Shown here one piece after another: positions 17,892-26,863 of a stretch of 64,000 nucleotides of DNA. The stretch covers positions 5,814-69,813 of the forward strand of contig DDYW01000058.1 of assembly GCA_002348185.1 (NCBI GenBank), in the 5' to 3' direction. The stretch is from Candidatus Hydrogenedentes bacterium UBA2224. Its GTDB lineage: Bacteria > Hydrogenedentota > Hydrogenedentia > Hydrogenedentales > SLHB01. The notes below the pieces were generated by a model. The model was given only the letters and a program-made list of their open reading frames with translations. It searched no databases and was not told the DNA's origin. A program made the translations under genes and the position numbers. The stretch's first letter is position 1, and each line of letters starts with the position of its first letter.

Positions 17892-18873
17892 GACGCTTCA
17901 GACACTCCTCGTCTACGCCGTGCTGCTGGCCTTGTCGGCGGTGTTCATCTCGCCGTTCCTGTGGATGCTCTCGACTTCGCTGAAACACGAGTCGCGCATC
18001 TTCCCAAAACCCGGCGAGCCCCCGCAATGGATTCCTACCACCGCGCGCGTCGACGCCGAGGGCCGTCCCCTAGTCATCTACGAGGGCCGGGAAGGCGTCG
18101 ACCTGGGACCCGACGAAATGGGCCGCCATGTGCTCCGGTTCGGCGCCACGGAGGTGACCGCGTGGCCCGGAGATTTCGAGGTGCGGCAGCGGTCCGGGCT
18201 TCACTGGCAGAACTACGCCGACGCCTTCCACAAGATGGCATTCTGGCAGAATCTGCGCAACACGCTGTTCATCTGCGTGACGGTGGTGCTCGGCACGCTG
18301 GTCTCGTGTTCCCTGGTGGCTTACAGCTTCGCCCGGATCCCCTGGCCGGGGCGCGACACGGTGTTCATACTGGTCCTGGCGACCATGATGCTGCCGTACC
18401 AGGTCACGCTGATCCCGCTTTTCGCCCTGTACCGCGAGCTGGGCTGGGTCGGGACGTTCAAACCGCTCATTCTTCCGGCGTTTTTCGGCACGCCGTTCTA
18501 CATCTTCCTGCTGCGTCAGTTTTTCCTGGGGGTGCCCCAGGATCTGAGCGCATCGGCCCGCATCGACGGCTGCAACGAGTTCGGCATCTACCTGTTCATC
18601 ATGCTGCCGCTCTCGAAACCCGCTCTGGCCACCACGGCGCTGTTCATGTTTTTGTTTCAATGGGCCGACTTTCTGAGTCCGCTTGTATACCTTCAGGACG
18701 ACCGCCAATACACGCTGGCGATCGCGCTCCAGCAGTTTCAGAGCCACCATGAAAGCGCCTGGGGACCGCTCATGGCGATGTCCAGCGTGATTACCATCCC
18801 CATCATCTTCCTGTTTTTCCTGACCCAGCGCACCTTCATCCAGGGCATCACCCTGACGGGCCTCAAGGGGTGA
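17881..18873 (+). CDS. ABC sugar permease (MalG/UgpE-like) with enlarged TM1-TM2 loop
   Basis: 330 aa. ASARIDGCNEFGIYLFIMLPLSKP EAA motif. About 80-aa hydrophilic insert after the first TM (KHESRIFPKPGEPPQWIP...HWQNYADAF). Confidence 0.85.
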   Translation: MASKTLQTLLVYAVLLALSAVFISPFLWMLSTSLKHESRIFPKPGEPPQWIPTTARVDAEGRPLVIYEGREGVDLGPDEMGRHVLRFGATEVTAWPGDFEVRQRSGLHWQNYADAFHKMAFWQNLRNTLFICVTVVLGTLVSCSLVAYSFARIPWPGRDTVFILVLATMMLPYQVTLIPLFALYRELGWVGTFKPLILPAFFGTPFYIFLLRQFFLGVPQDLSASARIDGCNEFGIYLFIMLPLSKPALATTALFMFLFQWADFLSPLVYLQDDRQYTLAIALQQFQSHHESAWGPLMAMSSVITIPIIFLFFLTQRTFIQGITLTGLKG

Positions 18874-18892
18874 CGCCGCCCGAGGAGCTGAG

Positions 18893-19684
18893 ATGACCGA
18901 AATTGAATTAATTGCCCATGCCCTCGAAACGCTCGGCCCGTACGTGATGGAGCGCCGGGCTGACCGGGAGCATCTCGGCATTTCCTCGAAAAGCCACGCG
19001 AACGATTTGCTCACCGAGGTGGACATCGAAACCCAGCGCCGGATCGTCGCCCTGATCGGTGCGGCCTTTCCGGGCGACGCGATTGTCGGCGAAGAAGAGG
19101 GCTATGCCCGGTACCCCGATGAGCCCGGCGCGCGCGCCTGGATCATCGACCCCATCGACGGCACGCAGAACTTCGTCCGCTCGCTCCTGCCCGAATTCGG
19201 GATTTCCATCGCGTTTGCCCGGGGCAATGAGCTCCTGGCGGGCGGGGTGGCCTTCCCGGGCACGGGAGACGTATTTCTTGCGGAACGGGGCGCTGGCGCG
19301 TCGCGGAACGGCCGTCCGATCCGCGTCTCGGCGGTTGCGTCGCTCGCCCTGGCCCGCGTTGAGCTCGATTTTGACGGCCCGCCCAAGCGCCAGCCCACCC
19401 TCGACCGGGCCCGGGCCCTCCTGCTGAACGGGGGCCAGGTCCGATGCCACTGTGCGGCGGTCCTGGGTTTGTGCTCGATCGCGTCCGGCGACGCCGACGC
19501 CTACGTGCACGTATCGCTGCGTCCGTGGGATTACGCGGCGGGCCTCCTGCTTGCGGAAGAGGCCGGAGGCGCCTCATCCGACCTGAGCGGCCATCCAGTG
19601 CGGGTGTTCGGCGAAAACGACGGCCTTCTCGTCAGCAACGGCCGCATTCACGAGGAATTGCTGACGCATTTGCGCCGGGCGTGA
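18893..19684 (+). CDS. Inositol monophosphatase family protein (SuhB-like)
   Basis: 263 aa. GEEEG, WIIDPIDGTQNF and WDYAAG motifs of the IMPase/FBPase fold. Confidence 0.8.
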   Translation: MTEIELIAHALETLGPYVMERRADREHLGISSKSHANDLLTEVDIETQRRIVALIGAAFPGDAIVGEEEGYARYPDEPGARAWIIDPIDGTQNFVRSLLPEFGISIAFARGNELLAGGVAFPGTGDVFLAERGAGASRNGRPIRVSAVASLALARVELDFDGPPKRQPTLDRARALLLNGGQVRCHCAAVLGLCSIASGDADAYVHVSLRPWDYAAGLLLAEEAGGASSDLSGHPVRVFGENDGLLVSNGRIHEELLTHLRRA

Positions 19685-19811
19685 GGAGACATTTCCCCAC
19701 CAATCTCCGGCTAACGCGAAGGCAGATTGCGCAGACGCTTGCGCCGTCGGGCACTGGAGCTTCTGTCGGCTCACCCGCGTCGTGAAACAAGAGACCATTC
19801 TGCCCTCCGGA

Positions 19812-20008
19812 GCGCCGAAGGCGCGATAACATACCAGCCCAGCCCGCAGGGCTGGGTACAGGCGTTCCCACATCTCTTCCGGTCTGAAGGACCGGCACAT
19901 ACAGACCTCGGAGGCACATGTCGCGGGCTTTCAGCCCTTCCCTTGTTTGGGACATTCGTTTTCCTGGCCCTTCAGGCCAGGCTGGTATGTACCGCGCCGT
20001 TGGCGCGG
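19812..20008. repeat. Array of six short GC-rich hairpins
   Basis: Six hairpins: GCGCC-gaa-GGCGC (19812-19824), CCCAGCCC-gca-GGGCTGGG (19838-19856), CCGGTC-tgaag-GACCGG (19879-19895), GGGCT-ttc-AGCCC (19925-19937), CCTGGCC-cttca-GGCCAGG (19963-19981), CCGCGCC-gtt-GGCGCGG (19992-20008). Confidence 0.7.
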
Positions 20009-20021
20009 CGGAAAGGCGCGC

Positions 20022-20210
20022 GAGGCGGACGGTATGGACGGTATGGACGGTATGGACGGTATGGACGGTATGGACGGTATGGACGGTATGGACGGTATGG
20101 ACGGTATGGACGGTATGGACGGTATGGACGGTATGGACGGTATGGACAATATGGACGGTATGGACAATATGGACGGTATGGACAATATGGATGGTATGGA
20201 CAATATGGAT
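20022..20210 (+). repeat. 9-bp tandem repeat, 20 units plus one degenerate leader
   Basis: GGTATGGAC x13 (20031-20147). Then AATATGGAC, GGTATGGAC, AATATGGAC, GGTATGGAC, AATATGGAT, GGTATGGAC, AATATGGAT (to 20210). The degenerate unit GAGGCGGAC is at 20022-20030. Counted base by base. Confidence 0.95.
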
Positions 20211-20540
20211 GGGGATACCTGGGACAAAGAGTCCACCCCCGTCCACGCGGGCCGCGTGGCCACCCCCGCCAGGACAAGGCTGCGGAATTCACAATCCTTG
20301 TGCGGGGCGTGGTGTAGACATGGCTCCTATGGTCGCCGGGGTGAATCGCGGAGTTGGCGCGCCAGAGATCTGTGCAACCGCAGACCTCCGTGTGCTACCG
20401 TCTCCACCGGCATTGGCCTCGCGGAGATTTCCTCATTTTATCCGGCGATTCGGATTTCCTGGAAAGATCGCAAACGTTTCCCGGCATCGGTATAATCGGA
20501 GTCCCTTCATGCTTAAATCTGGAACTGGAAAGGAATACCT

Positions 20541-21728
20541 GTGAAACGGGCTCTGCAATTCGGGGCGGGGAACATCGGCCGGGGGTTTCTCGGACAACTC
20601 TATTACGAATCGGGGTATGCGGCCACTTTCGTGGACGTGCTGGACGACGTGGTGCAGGCGCTCAATGAACGGGGGGAATACCCCCTGCGCATCGTCGACG
20701 AGACGCCGCAGACGCTCTGCATCCGCAACGCATCCGCGCTGCATGCCGGCGACGTCGAGGCCGTGGCGCAGGCCATGTGCGAGGCCGACCTGGCGGCGAC
20801 GGCCGTAGGAGTGAACGTCCTGCCGAAGGTCGCGCCCACGATCGCCCGCGGCATCGAGAAACGCTTCGCGGACCCGTCCGCGCCGCCGTTGAATTTCATT
20901 GTGTGCGAGAACCTCATCGGAGCGGGCCCGTTCCTGCGTGAAACGGTGCGGGGCCACCTGGCGCCGTCATTTCACGCGGTGCTGGACGAGAAGGTCGGGT
21001 TTGTAGAGGCCAGTATCGGGCGTATGGTGCCGATCATGACCGAGAAGGAGCGTGCCGAGGACCCCCTGTTGATCTGCGTCGAGGCCTATTGCGAGCTTCC
21101 CGTCGACAAAGAGGCGTTCAAGGGCCCCATTCCCGAGCTGCGCAACCTGTTGCCCAAGGCCAACTTCGGGGCGTATGTCGAGCGCAAGCTTTTCGTGCAT
21201 AACCTGAGCCACGCGAGCGCGGCCTATCTCGGCTACCTGCGCGGTCACGAGTACATCTGGCAGACCATGGAAGACGACCGGGTGCTGGCGGGGATGCGCG
21301 CGGCCACCGGCGAATCCTGCGAAGGGCTTGCGCGAAAATGGTTGCTGGACAAGGCGGAACTCGAAGCGCACGCGGAAGATCTGGCCCGGCGCTACCGCAA
21401 CCGGGCGTTGGGCGACCAGGTGCGGCGCATTGCCGCCGATCCGCTGCGCAAGCTCGGCCCGAACGACCGGCTCATCGGCGCGGGCCGCATGTGCATCGAG
21501 CAAGGCATTGCGCCTGAACACATTGCATTTGCAGCGGCCGCGGCAATGCGGTACGATCACCCCGCCGATGCTGCGGCCGGCCGGCTTCAATCCACGCGCG
21601 CGAAGGGTGGCGTCGAGGCCGTTTTGGAGGAGATTTGTAAACTGGACCCGGCGTCGGAGCTCGCCCGGCTCATTCTGGAAGCCGGCGCACGCCTCCGGCA
21701 AGAAGGTTGGCTTGAACAGGACACATGA
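20541..21728 (+). CDS. mtlD: Mannitol-1-phosphate 5-dehydrogenase family protein
   Basis: 395 aa, GTG start with GGAAAGGA RBS. MKRALQFGAGNIGRGFLGQL, NFIVCENL, VGFVEASIGRMVP, YVERKLFVHNLSHA and PLRKLGPNDRLIG track E. coli MtlD along its full length. Confidence 0.8.
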   Translation: MKRALQFGAGNIGRGFLGQLYYESGYAATFVDVLDDVVQALNERGEYPLRIVDETPQTLCIRNASALHAGDVEAVAQAMCEADLAATAVGVNVLPKVAPTIARGIEKRFADPSAPPLNFIVCENLIGAGPFLRETVRGHLAPSFHAVLDEKVGFVEASIGRMVPIMTEKERAEDPLLICVEAYCELPVDKEAFKGPIPELRNLLPKANFGAYVERKLFVHNLSHASAAYLGYLRGHEYIWQTMEDDRVLAGMRAATGESCEGLARKWLLDKAELEAHAEDLARRYRNRALGDQVRRIAADPLRKLGPNDRLIGAGRMCIEQGIAPEHIAFAAAAAMRYDHPADAAAGRLQSTRAKGGVEAVLEEICKLDPASELARLILEAGARLRQEGWLEQDT

Positions 21729-23080
21729 TGCACGAGATTAAACTCCCACAGCTCGGACAATCCGTTGAAGAAGCCTCCATCGTCGAATGGCGCAAGAAGG
21801 AAGGCGACCCCGTCAAGACGGGCGAAGTGCTGTTTACGGTGCAGACCGACAAGGCCGAGATCGAGTGCGAATCCACGGCCGACGGCATGTTGCGCAAGAT
21901 CCTCGTCGCCCCGGATGTCGAAGTGCCGGTCATGACCGTGGTCGCGCTGGTCGGCGAAGCCGGTGAGGCGTTGCCGGACCTCGCCCAGTACGGCGGGGCG
22001 GTGCCGGGGACGGCAGCCACTTCCGGCGCCCCGGCGGCTTCCGCGACGCCCGCTCCGAAAGCGGACGCCGTTCCGGTGCATGATGAAGTGTCCGCCGGAC
22101 CGGCTCCCCATCCGGCGCCGGGCGGGTGGACGCCCGTGTCGCCCCGGGCGCGAAAACGCGCCGAGCAGCTCAAAGTTGACCCGGCATTTGCGCAGGGTTC
22201 GGGCGTGGGGGGCCGGGTCATGGAAGCGGACGTCGAGGCCTACGCAGCCCGGGTGGCGATCACGCCGACCGCGCGGAAAATCGCCCTGGACCACGCGCTG
22301 GACGTGTCGCGGGTCGAAGGCACGGGCCCGGGGGGCAAGATCACGAAGGCCGACGTGGAACAGGCCCTGGCGTCCCCGCGCGGGGGCGCGGCAGGGGCCG
22401 TGGCCGCGATGGTTTCCGGCAAAGTTCAGCGGGTGCCCCTCTCCCCCATGCGGCGCATCATCGCCGAGCGCATGGCGGCGAGCAAGTTCAGCGCCCCACA
22501 TTATTACATCACGGTCGAGGTCGACATGTCCGCGGCGATGGCATTCCGGCGCGGCTGCACGGATTTTAAACCCTCCTTCAACGATCTGGTGCTGCGCGCG
22601 GCATCACTGGCCATCCAACAGCATCCGCAGGTGAATGCGCGCTGGGCGGGGGACGCCATCGAAGTGTCGGGCGACATCAACCTGGGCTTCGCGGTGGCGA
22701 TGCCGACGGGTCTGATCGTGCCCGTCGTGCGTCAAGCGCAGACCAAGACCCTCAAAGACATCAGCCGGGTGTGCGGCGAACTGGCCGAGAAGGCCCGCAC
22801 CGGCAAACTCCTGCCCGACGACTATTCGGGCAACACCTTTACGGTGTCCAATCTCGGCGCATTTGGCGTTGATCAGTTCACGGCGATCATCAACCAGCCC
22901 GACAGCGCGATCCTGGCGGCCGGTCAGATCAAGGACCGGCCCGTGGTGATTGACGGCGGCATCCATGTGCGGCCGATCATGAAGATGACGCTGTCGAGCG
23001 ACCACCGGGTGATCGACGGCGCGGTGGCGGCCCAGTTCATGAAGACGCTCAAAGACATCCTCGAAGACGCGAACTTTTAG
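21725..23080 (+). CDS. Dihydrolipoamide acyltransferase (E2 of a 2-oxoacid dehydrogenase complex)
   Basis: 451 aa. Lipoyl domain with TVQTDKAEIE, Ala/Pro linker, E3-binding segment (ITPTARKIALDHALDVSRVEGTGPGGKITKADV). Catalytic domain ends LSSDHRVIDGAVAAQF. ATGA overlap with mtlD. Confidence 0.9.
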   Translation: MMHEIKLPQLGQSVEEASIVEWRKKEGDPVKTGEVLFTVQTDKAEIECESTADGMLRKILVAPDVEVPVMTVVALVGEAGEALPDLAQYGGAVPGTAATSGAPAASATPAPKADAVPVHDEVSAGPAPHPAPGGWTPVSPRARKRAEQLKVDPAFAQGSGVGGRVMEADVEAYAARVAITPTARKIALDHALDVSRVEGTGPGGKITKADVEQALASPRGGAAGAVAAMVSGKVQRVPLSPMRRIIAERMAASKFSAPHYYITVEVDMSAAMAFRRGCTDFKPSFNDLVLRAASLAIQQHPQVNARWAGDAIEVSGDINLGFAVAMPTGLIVPVVRQAQTKTLKDISRVCGELAEKARTGKLLPDDYSGNTFTVSNLGAFGVDQFTAIINQPDSAILAAGQIKDRPVVIDGGIHVRPIMKMTLSSDHRVIDGAVAAQFMKTLKDILEDANF

Positions 23081-23094
23081 GGGGTAGCTCAGGA

Positions 23095-24495
23095 ATGATT
23101 ACATGCGATGTGGCCGTGCTTGGCGCCGGCCCCGGGGGATATGTGGCAGCGATCCGTGCGGCGCAACGGGGCGCGAAAACCGTCGTTGTCGAGCGCAACC
23201 AGGTGGGCGGCGTGTGCCTGAACTGGGGCTGCATTCCCACGAAGACGCTCATCCATACCGCGGAACTCTACCGGAAAATGCAGGAGGCCGAGCGCTTCGG
23301 GCTGAAGGTCAAAGGCCTTTCCGTCGATATGAAAGGGCTGCTCAAGCACAAGGACAGCGTGATCAAGACCAACCAGGACGGCATCAAGGCCTTGTTCAAG
23401 GCGCATGGCATCGAGCTGGTCAAGGGCAAGGCCGTGGTCGTAAAGCCGGGCGTCGTGCGCGCCGGGAAGGAAGAGATCCATGCGCGGGCGATCATTGTGG
23501 CGACGGGCAGCGCCCCCGCGCGCATCCCCGGGCTCGAGACGGACGGCGAACGCATTATCGGCAGCACCGAAGCCCTTGAGCTGGACGAGGTGCCGAAGCG
23601 GGTCGCCATCATCGGCGCGGGGGCCGTCGGCGCGGAATTCGCCTGCCTGTGGAACGCCCTGGGGGCCGAGGTGACCCTGATCGAGATGATGCCCAACGTG
23701 CTCCCGCTTGAAGACGAGGAACTGACCAAGCGCCTGGGCGCGGTGCTCAAAAAACGGGGCATTAACGTACTCACCGGGACCACCGTGAAGTCAATGACGC
23801 GCAAGGGCAGCACGGTCACCCTGGAACTGTCCGGCGCGAAAGAGGATTCCATCAAGGCGGATTACGTGCTGGTGGGCATTGGGGTGCGCTACAATTCGTC
23901 GCCCGTGACCGAGGAACCTTCCCTGGGGGTCAAGGTGACGCCGAGAGGCGCGATTGTGGTGGATGCGCGCATGGAGACGAACATCCCGGGCATTTTTGCG
24001 ATTGGCGACGTCACGGGCAAGACCATGCTGGCCCACGGGGCGTCGGCGGAAGCCATCGTCGCCGCGGAAAACGCGACCGGCGGCAACCGGGTGATGGACT
24101 ACCGCGTGGTACCGGCCTGCACCTTTACGCACCCGGAAGTCGCCAGCGTGGGGCTCACCGAGAAAGAGGCCGCCGCGACTGGGGCTTCGATCAAGATCGG
24201 GCGGTTCAGTTACCGGGCGAGCGGCCGGGCACACGCCATCGGCGAGACCGAGGGCCTGGTCAAAATCGTCGGGGACGCGTCGACGGGCGAGGTGCTGGGT
24301 GTCCATATCCTGGGCGCGGAAGCCGGCGAATTGATCGCGGCCGCGGCCATGGCGATGCAACTGGAGGCGACGGCCGAGGCGATCGCCGATACGATTTTTA
24401 CGCACCCCACGCTTTCGGAGACGATCAAGGAAGCCGCGGAAGATTTTCTTGGCGTTGGCATTCACACGCCGCCCAAGACCGTGAAACGAGGGTAA
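23095..24495 (+). CDS. lpdA: Dihydrolipoyl dehydrogenase (E3)
   Basis: 466 aa. GAGPGGYVAAIRAAQ FAD site, redox disulfide GGVCLNWGCIPTK, C-terminal HAHPTLSE-like FTHPTLSE. Confidence 0.9.
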   Translation: MITCDVAVLGAGPGGYVAAIRAAQRGAKTVVVERNQVGGVCLNWGCIPTKTLIHTAELYRKMQEAERFGLKVKGLSVDMKGLLKHKDSVIKTNQDGIKALFKAHGIELVKGKAVVVKPGVVRAGKEEIHARAIIVATGSAPARIPGLETDGERIIGSTEALELDEVPKRVAIIGAGAVGAEFACLWNALGAEVTLIEMMPNVLPLEDEELTKRLGAVLKKRGINVLTGTTVKSMTRKGSTVTLELSGAKEDSIKADYVLVGIGVRYNSSPVTEEPSLGVKVTPRGAIVVDARMETNIPGIFAIGDVTGKTMLAHGASAEAIVAAENATGGNRVMDYRVVPACTFTHPEVASVGLTEKEAAATGASIKIGRFSYRASGRAHAIGETEGLVKIVGDASTGEVLGVHILGAEAGELIAAAAMAMQLEATAEAIADTIFTHPTLSETIKEAAEDFLGVGIHTPPKTVKRG

Positions 24496-24511
24496 ATCCG
24501 GGAGGCCGCCT

Positions 24512-26845
24512 GTGCGACCCTGGGTTCGGAACACGCTGGAACATCTGGTTTGCCTCCTGGCCGTGGCGGCCGGGGCGCTGGCGGTGCTGTACCCGGTTCT
24601 TCTCGAGAACCGCATTCCCATGCCCGCGGGGGACACGCTGTTCGCGCCGCCCTGGGAACAGGCCCGCCCGACGGGCCTGGAAGCGGCGGGCCAGCCCAGT
24701 CCCGCCGCGGCGCGCCAGCATTATCCCTGGTACGCGTTCCTTTCGGACACGGTATCGCGTGGCGATTCGCTTCTGTGGAATCCGCTTGAAGGCTGCGGGA
24801 CGCCGTTTTTTGCTTTGTGGCGTTCCCGGTGCCTCTCGCCGTTCACCCTGCCGTTCTGTTTTGCGCCGCCGGAGACGGCGCTCCCGGTGTCGGCCTTTCT
24901 GAAACTTGTGGCGGCGGGGGCATGCGCCTTCATTGCGGGGCGCCGCCTGGGATTCGCCCCGCCGTTGTCGTTGTTTATCGGTTTTTCGTTTCAGTTGAGC
25001 GCCCCGTTTTTCTACTGGCTCGATTCGCCGTTTTCGGACACGCTGCCGTGGCTGCCGCTGCTGGTGATCTTCGTGGACCGCCTGGCCCTGGGCCGGATCC
25101 ATTACTGGCCGTATGGCGCTCTGGTGCTGGCGCTGATGCTCCTGGGGGGCGAGCCGGAAGCGGTCGGCGGTCTGTTCGTCATCACCTTGGTGTTCATCAT
25201 TGCCCGGAACCTGCTGGGACAACGCGGGTACACTCAACTGTTCGCCAGCATCAGCACGTACGTCATCGCCGTGGTGGCGGCGGTGGCGCTGTGCGGCATT
25301 CAGATCGTCCCGTTTTACGAGCTTGCGCAGGCGTGCGTGTCGTCGGGCAGCCTCGAACCGGTCGCTGACCTCAAGCTGAGCCATCTGGCGGCGCTGTTCC
25401 TGCCGCATCTGTTTGGGCGCTCGCCGTACGCGCTCGCGGAAAGCGCGTTGTGCTCCCAGACCCGCATCGCCCTGCTGCTCCACGCAGGCATCATTCAGCT
25501 CTCCCTCCTCCCGCTGTGGTTTGCCGTGCGGCGCTACTCGCCCCCGCCGCAGCGGCACCGCATCGAGGCGCTGCTGATCGCCTCGGCAAGCGGGCTCGTA
25601 CTGGCGGCGCTGGCCTGGATGCCGCTCGCGGGGATGTTTCCATTCCGATACCTCCGGCCGGAGCACCTGCTGGGGGCAGGCGCCCTGTTCGTGGCCATTG
25701 CCGCGGCGGCCGCGGCTGAGGAATGGCTGCTGCTCGACGCGGATGGCTGCAAGCGGACCTTGAAACGCCTGGTGGCGCTTCTGCCGGTGTGTTTCGTTGC
25801 GGCGGTCCTCATCAGCGCCCTGGGCTGGCAAAGCGCACGGGCACACAACCTGAATCTTCTGGGCCAGGCCCTGGTTCCGGCCGTCTTTTTCGTGTTGACC
25901 GTCGTGCTGGTATTCGTGACGATGCTGAAACCGTCCCAGCGGTTCATGGGATATGCGTTGTCGGTTCTGGCCGTAGTGCAAGCGCTGGCCGTGTTCCACC
26001 CGGGGACCGGATATCCGGCGTTTCCAGCGGCGGAAGAGCTTTTCCCCCGCACGCCGTTCATCGACGCGCTTCAGGAAAACAGCTATCGGACGGGCGGAAG
26101 CCTCCGTCTCAAGGAATGGCCCTTGACCGGCAATCTGGTGCCTCAGACCTACGCGCCCGGCGGCGTGGTGCTGAAACGCCACCAGGCCTTCTTTGGCGCC
26201 GCGGAACACCAGCCGCTGCTGATGCGGCGGGCGGGCTCGCGCAATTTCGTGCTTACGAAAGAGGACATTCAAGGGCCGTTCGCGCCCATTCGGCCGTTGT
26301 TGCGCCTGAAGCATGTGTTGCCCTCCGGCGCAGGGATTTTTGAGGATCTGGAAGCCAAACCGCGCGTCTGGCTTACGTTTGAATGGCGGCCCGTGGAGAC
26401 CTTCGACCCGGCCCGGCTTGACAGCGCGTTGCCGCCCCAGATTGAAGGGCCCGTGCCCCCGCCGGTGGAAGGCGCCCAAAACGCGGTGGCGGCGGTCCTG
26501 CCCGAAAGCGGCAACACATTTGTGCGCATAGCGGTTGAATGCGACAAGCCGGGGGTCCTGTATCTGGCCGACACCTGGTACCCGGGCTGGAACGCCCGCA
26601 TCAACGGAAAACCGGCGGCGATCTTCCCCATTGACGGGCTGTTCCGGGGAATGCACGTTCCGGAAGGAACCAGCACGGTCGAGATGACTTACGAACCGCG
26701 CAGCCTGGTCATCGGGGGGTGGACCAGTCTCGCCGGAGCCATCCTGACTTCGGGGTTTATTCTGTATCTGGCCATTCGATGGCTCGTGAAGCGGTACCGC
26801 GCCCGCAAACTGGAGCGGGAACTTCAAGCGTCCCCGATGCCGTAG
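24512..26845 (+). CDS. Large polytopic membrane protein, YfhO-like (glycosyl-transfer/cell-envelope family)
   Basis: 777 aa, more than 10 N-terminal TM segments, soluble region, terminal TM. ADTWYPGWNARINGKPAAIFPIDGLFRGMHVPEGTSTVEMTYEP resembles the YfhO C-terminal signature. Confidence 0.6.
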   Translation: MRPWVRNTLEHLVCLLAVAAGALAVLYPVLLENRIPMPAGDTLFAPPWEQARPTGLEAAGQPSPAAARQHYPWYAFLSDTVSRGDSLLWNPLEGCGTPFFALWRSRCLSPFTLPFCFAPPETALPVSAFLKLVAAGACAFIAGRRLGFAPPLSLFIGFSFQLSAPFFYWLDSPFSDTLPWLPLLVIFVDRLALGRIHYWPYGALVLALMLLGGEPEAVGGLFVITLVFIIARNLLGQRGYTQLFASISTYVIAVVAAVALCGIQIVPFYELAQACVSSGSLEPVADLKLSHLAALFLPHLFGRSPYALAESALCSQTRIALLLHAGIIQLSLLPLWFAVRRYSPPPQRHRIEALLIASASGLVLAALAWMPLAGMFPFRYLRPEHLLGAGALFVAIAAAAAAEEWLLLDADGCKRTLKRLVALLPVCFVAAVLISALGWQSARAHNLNLLGQALVPAVFFVLTVVLVFVTMLKPSQRFMGYALSVLAVVQALAVFHPGTGYPAFPAAEELFPRTPFIDALQENSYRTGGSLRLKEWPLTGNLVPQTYAPGGVVLKRHQAFFGAAEHQPLLMRRAGSRNFVLTKEDIQGPFAPIRPLLRLKHVLPSGAGIFEDLEAKPRVWLTFEWRPVETFDPARLDSALPPQIEGPVPPPVEGAQNAVAAVLPESGNTFVRIAVECDKPGVLYLADTWYPGWNARINGKPAAIFPIDGLFRGMHVPEGTSTVEMTYEPRSLVIGGWTSLAGAILTSGFILYLAIRWLVKRYRARKLERELQASPMP

Positions 26846-26863
26846 GACTTCCCGGAACCGCGA

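Noticed and set aside
20022-20210. The tandem array, or the hairpin clusters, as a CRISPR array.
   Set aside because: Units are contiguous 9-mers with no spacers. The hairpin clusters have non-identical stems and irregular spacing. No cas genes are in the window.
20491-20496. A perfect TATAAT 45 nt upstream of mtlD as a sigma-70 promoter feature.
   Set aside because: No acceptable -35 (TCGCAA at best) and no TG extension. Mentioned inside a finding, but too weak to list as a feature.
19685-20540. The DnaA-box-like array as the chromosomal origin (oriC).
   Set aside because: No dnaA, dnaN, parAB, gidAB or rpmH neighbours and no clear AT-rich unwinding element. The box match has a mismatch at a normally conserved position (TTGTCCATA versus TTGTCCACA). 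Kept only as a low-probability titration-site idea inside the finding.
19632-20544. Six track ORFs crossing the 9-bp array, which encode (VHT)n, (SIP)n, (PYR)n, (GMD)n, (VWT)n and (YGR)n.
   Set aside because: All six frames are open only because the unit lacks stops. Flanking translations are low-complexity, no RBS or start context is convincing, and all six cannot be real. Treated as non-coding DNA.
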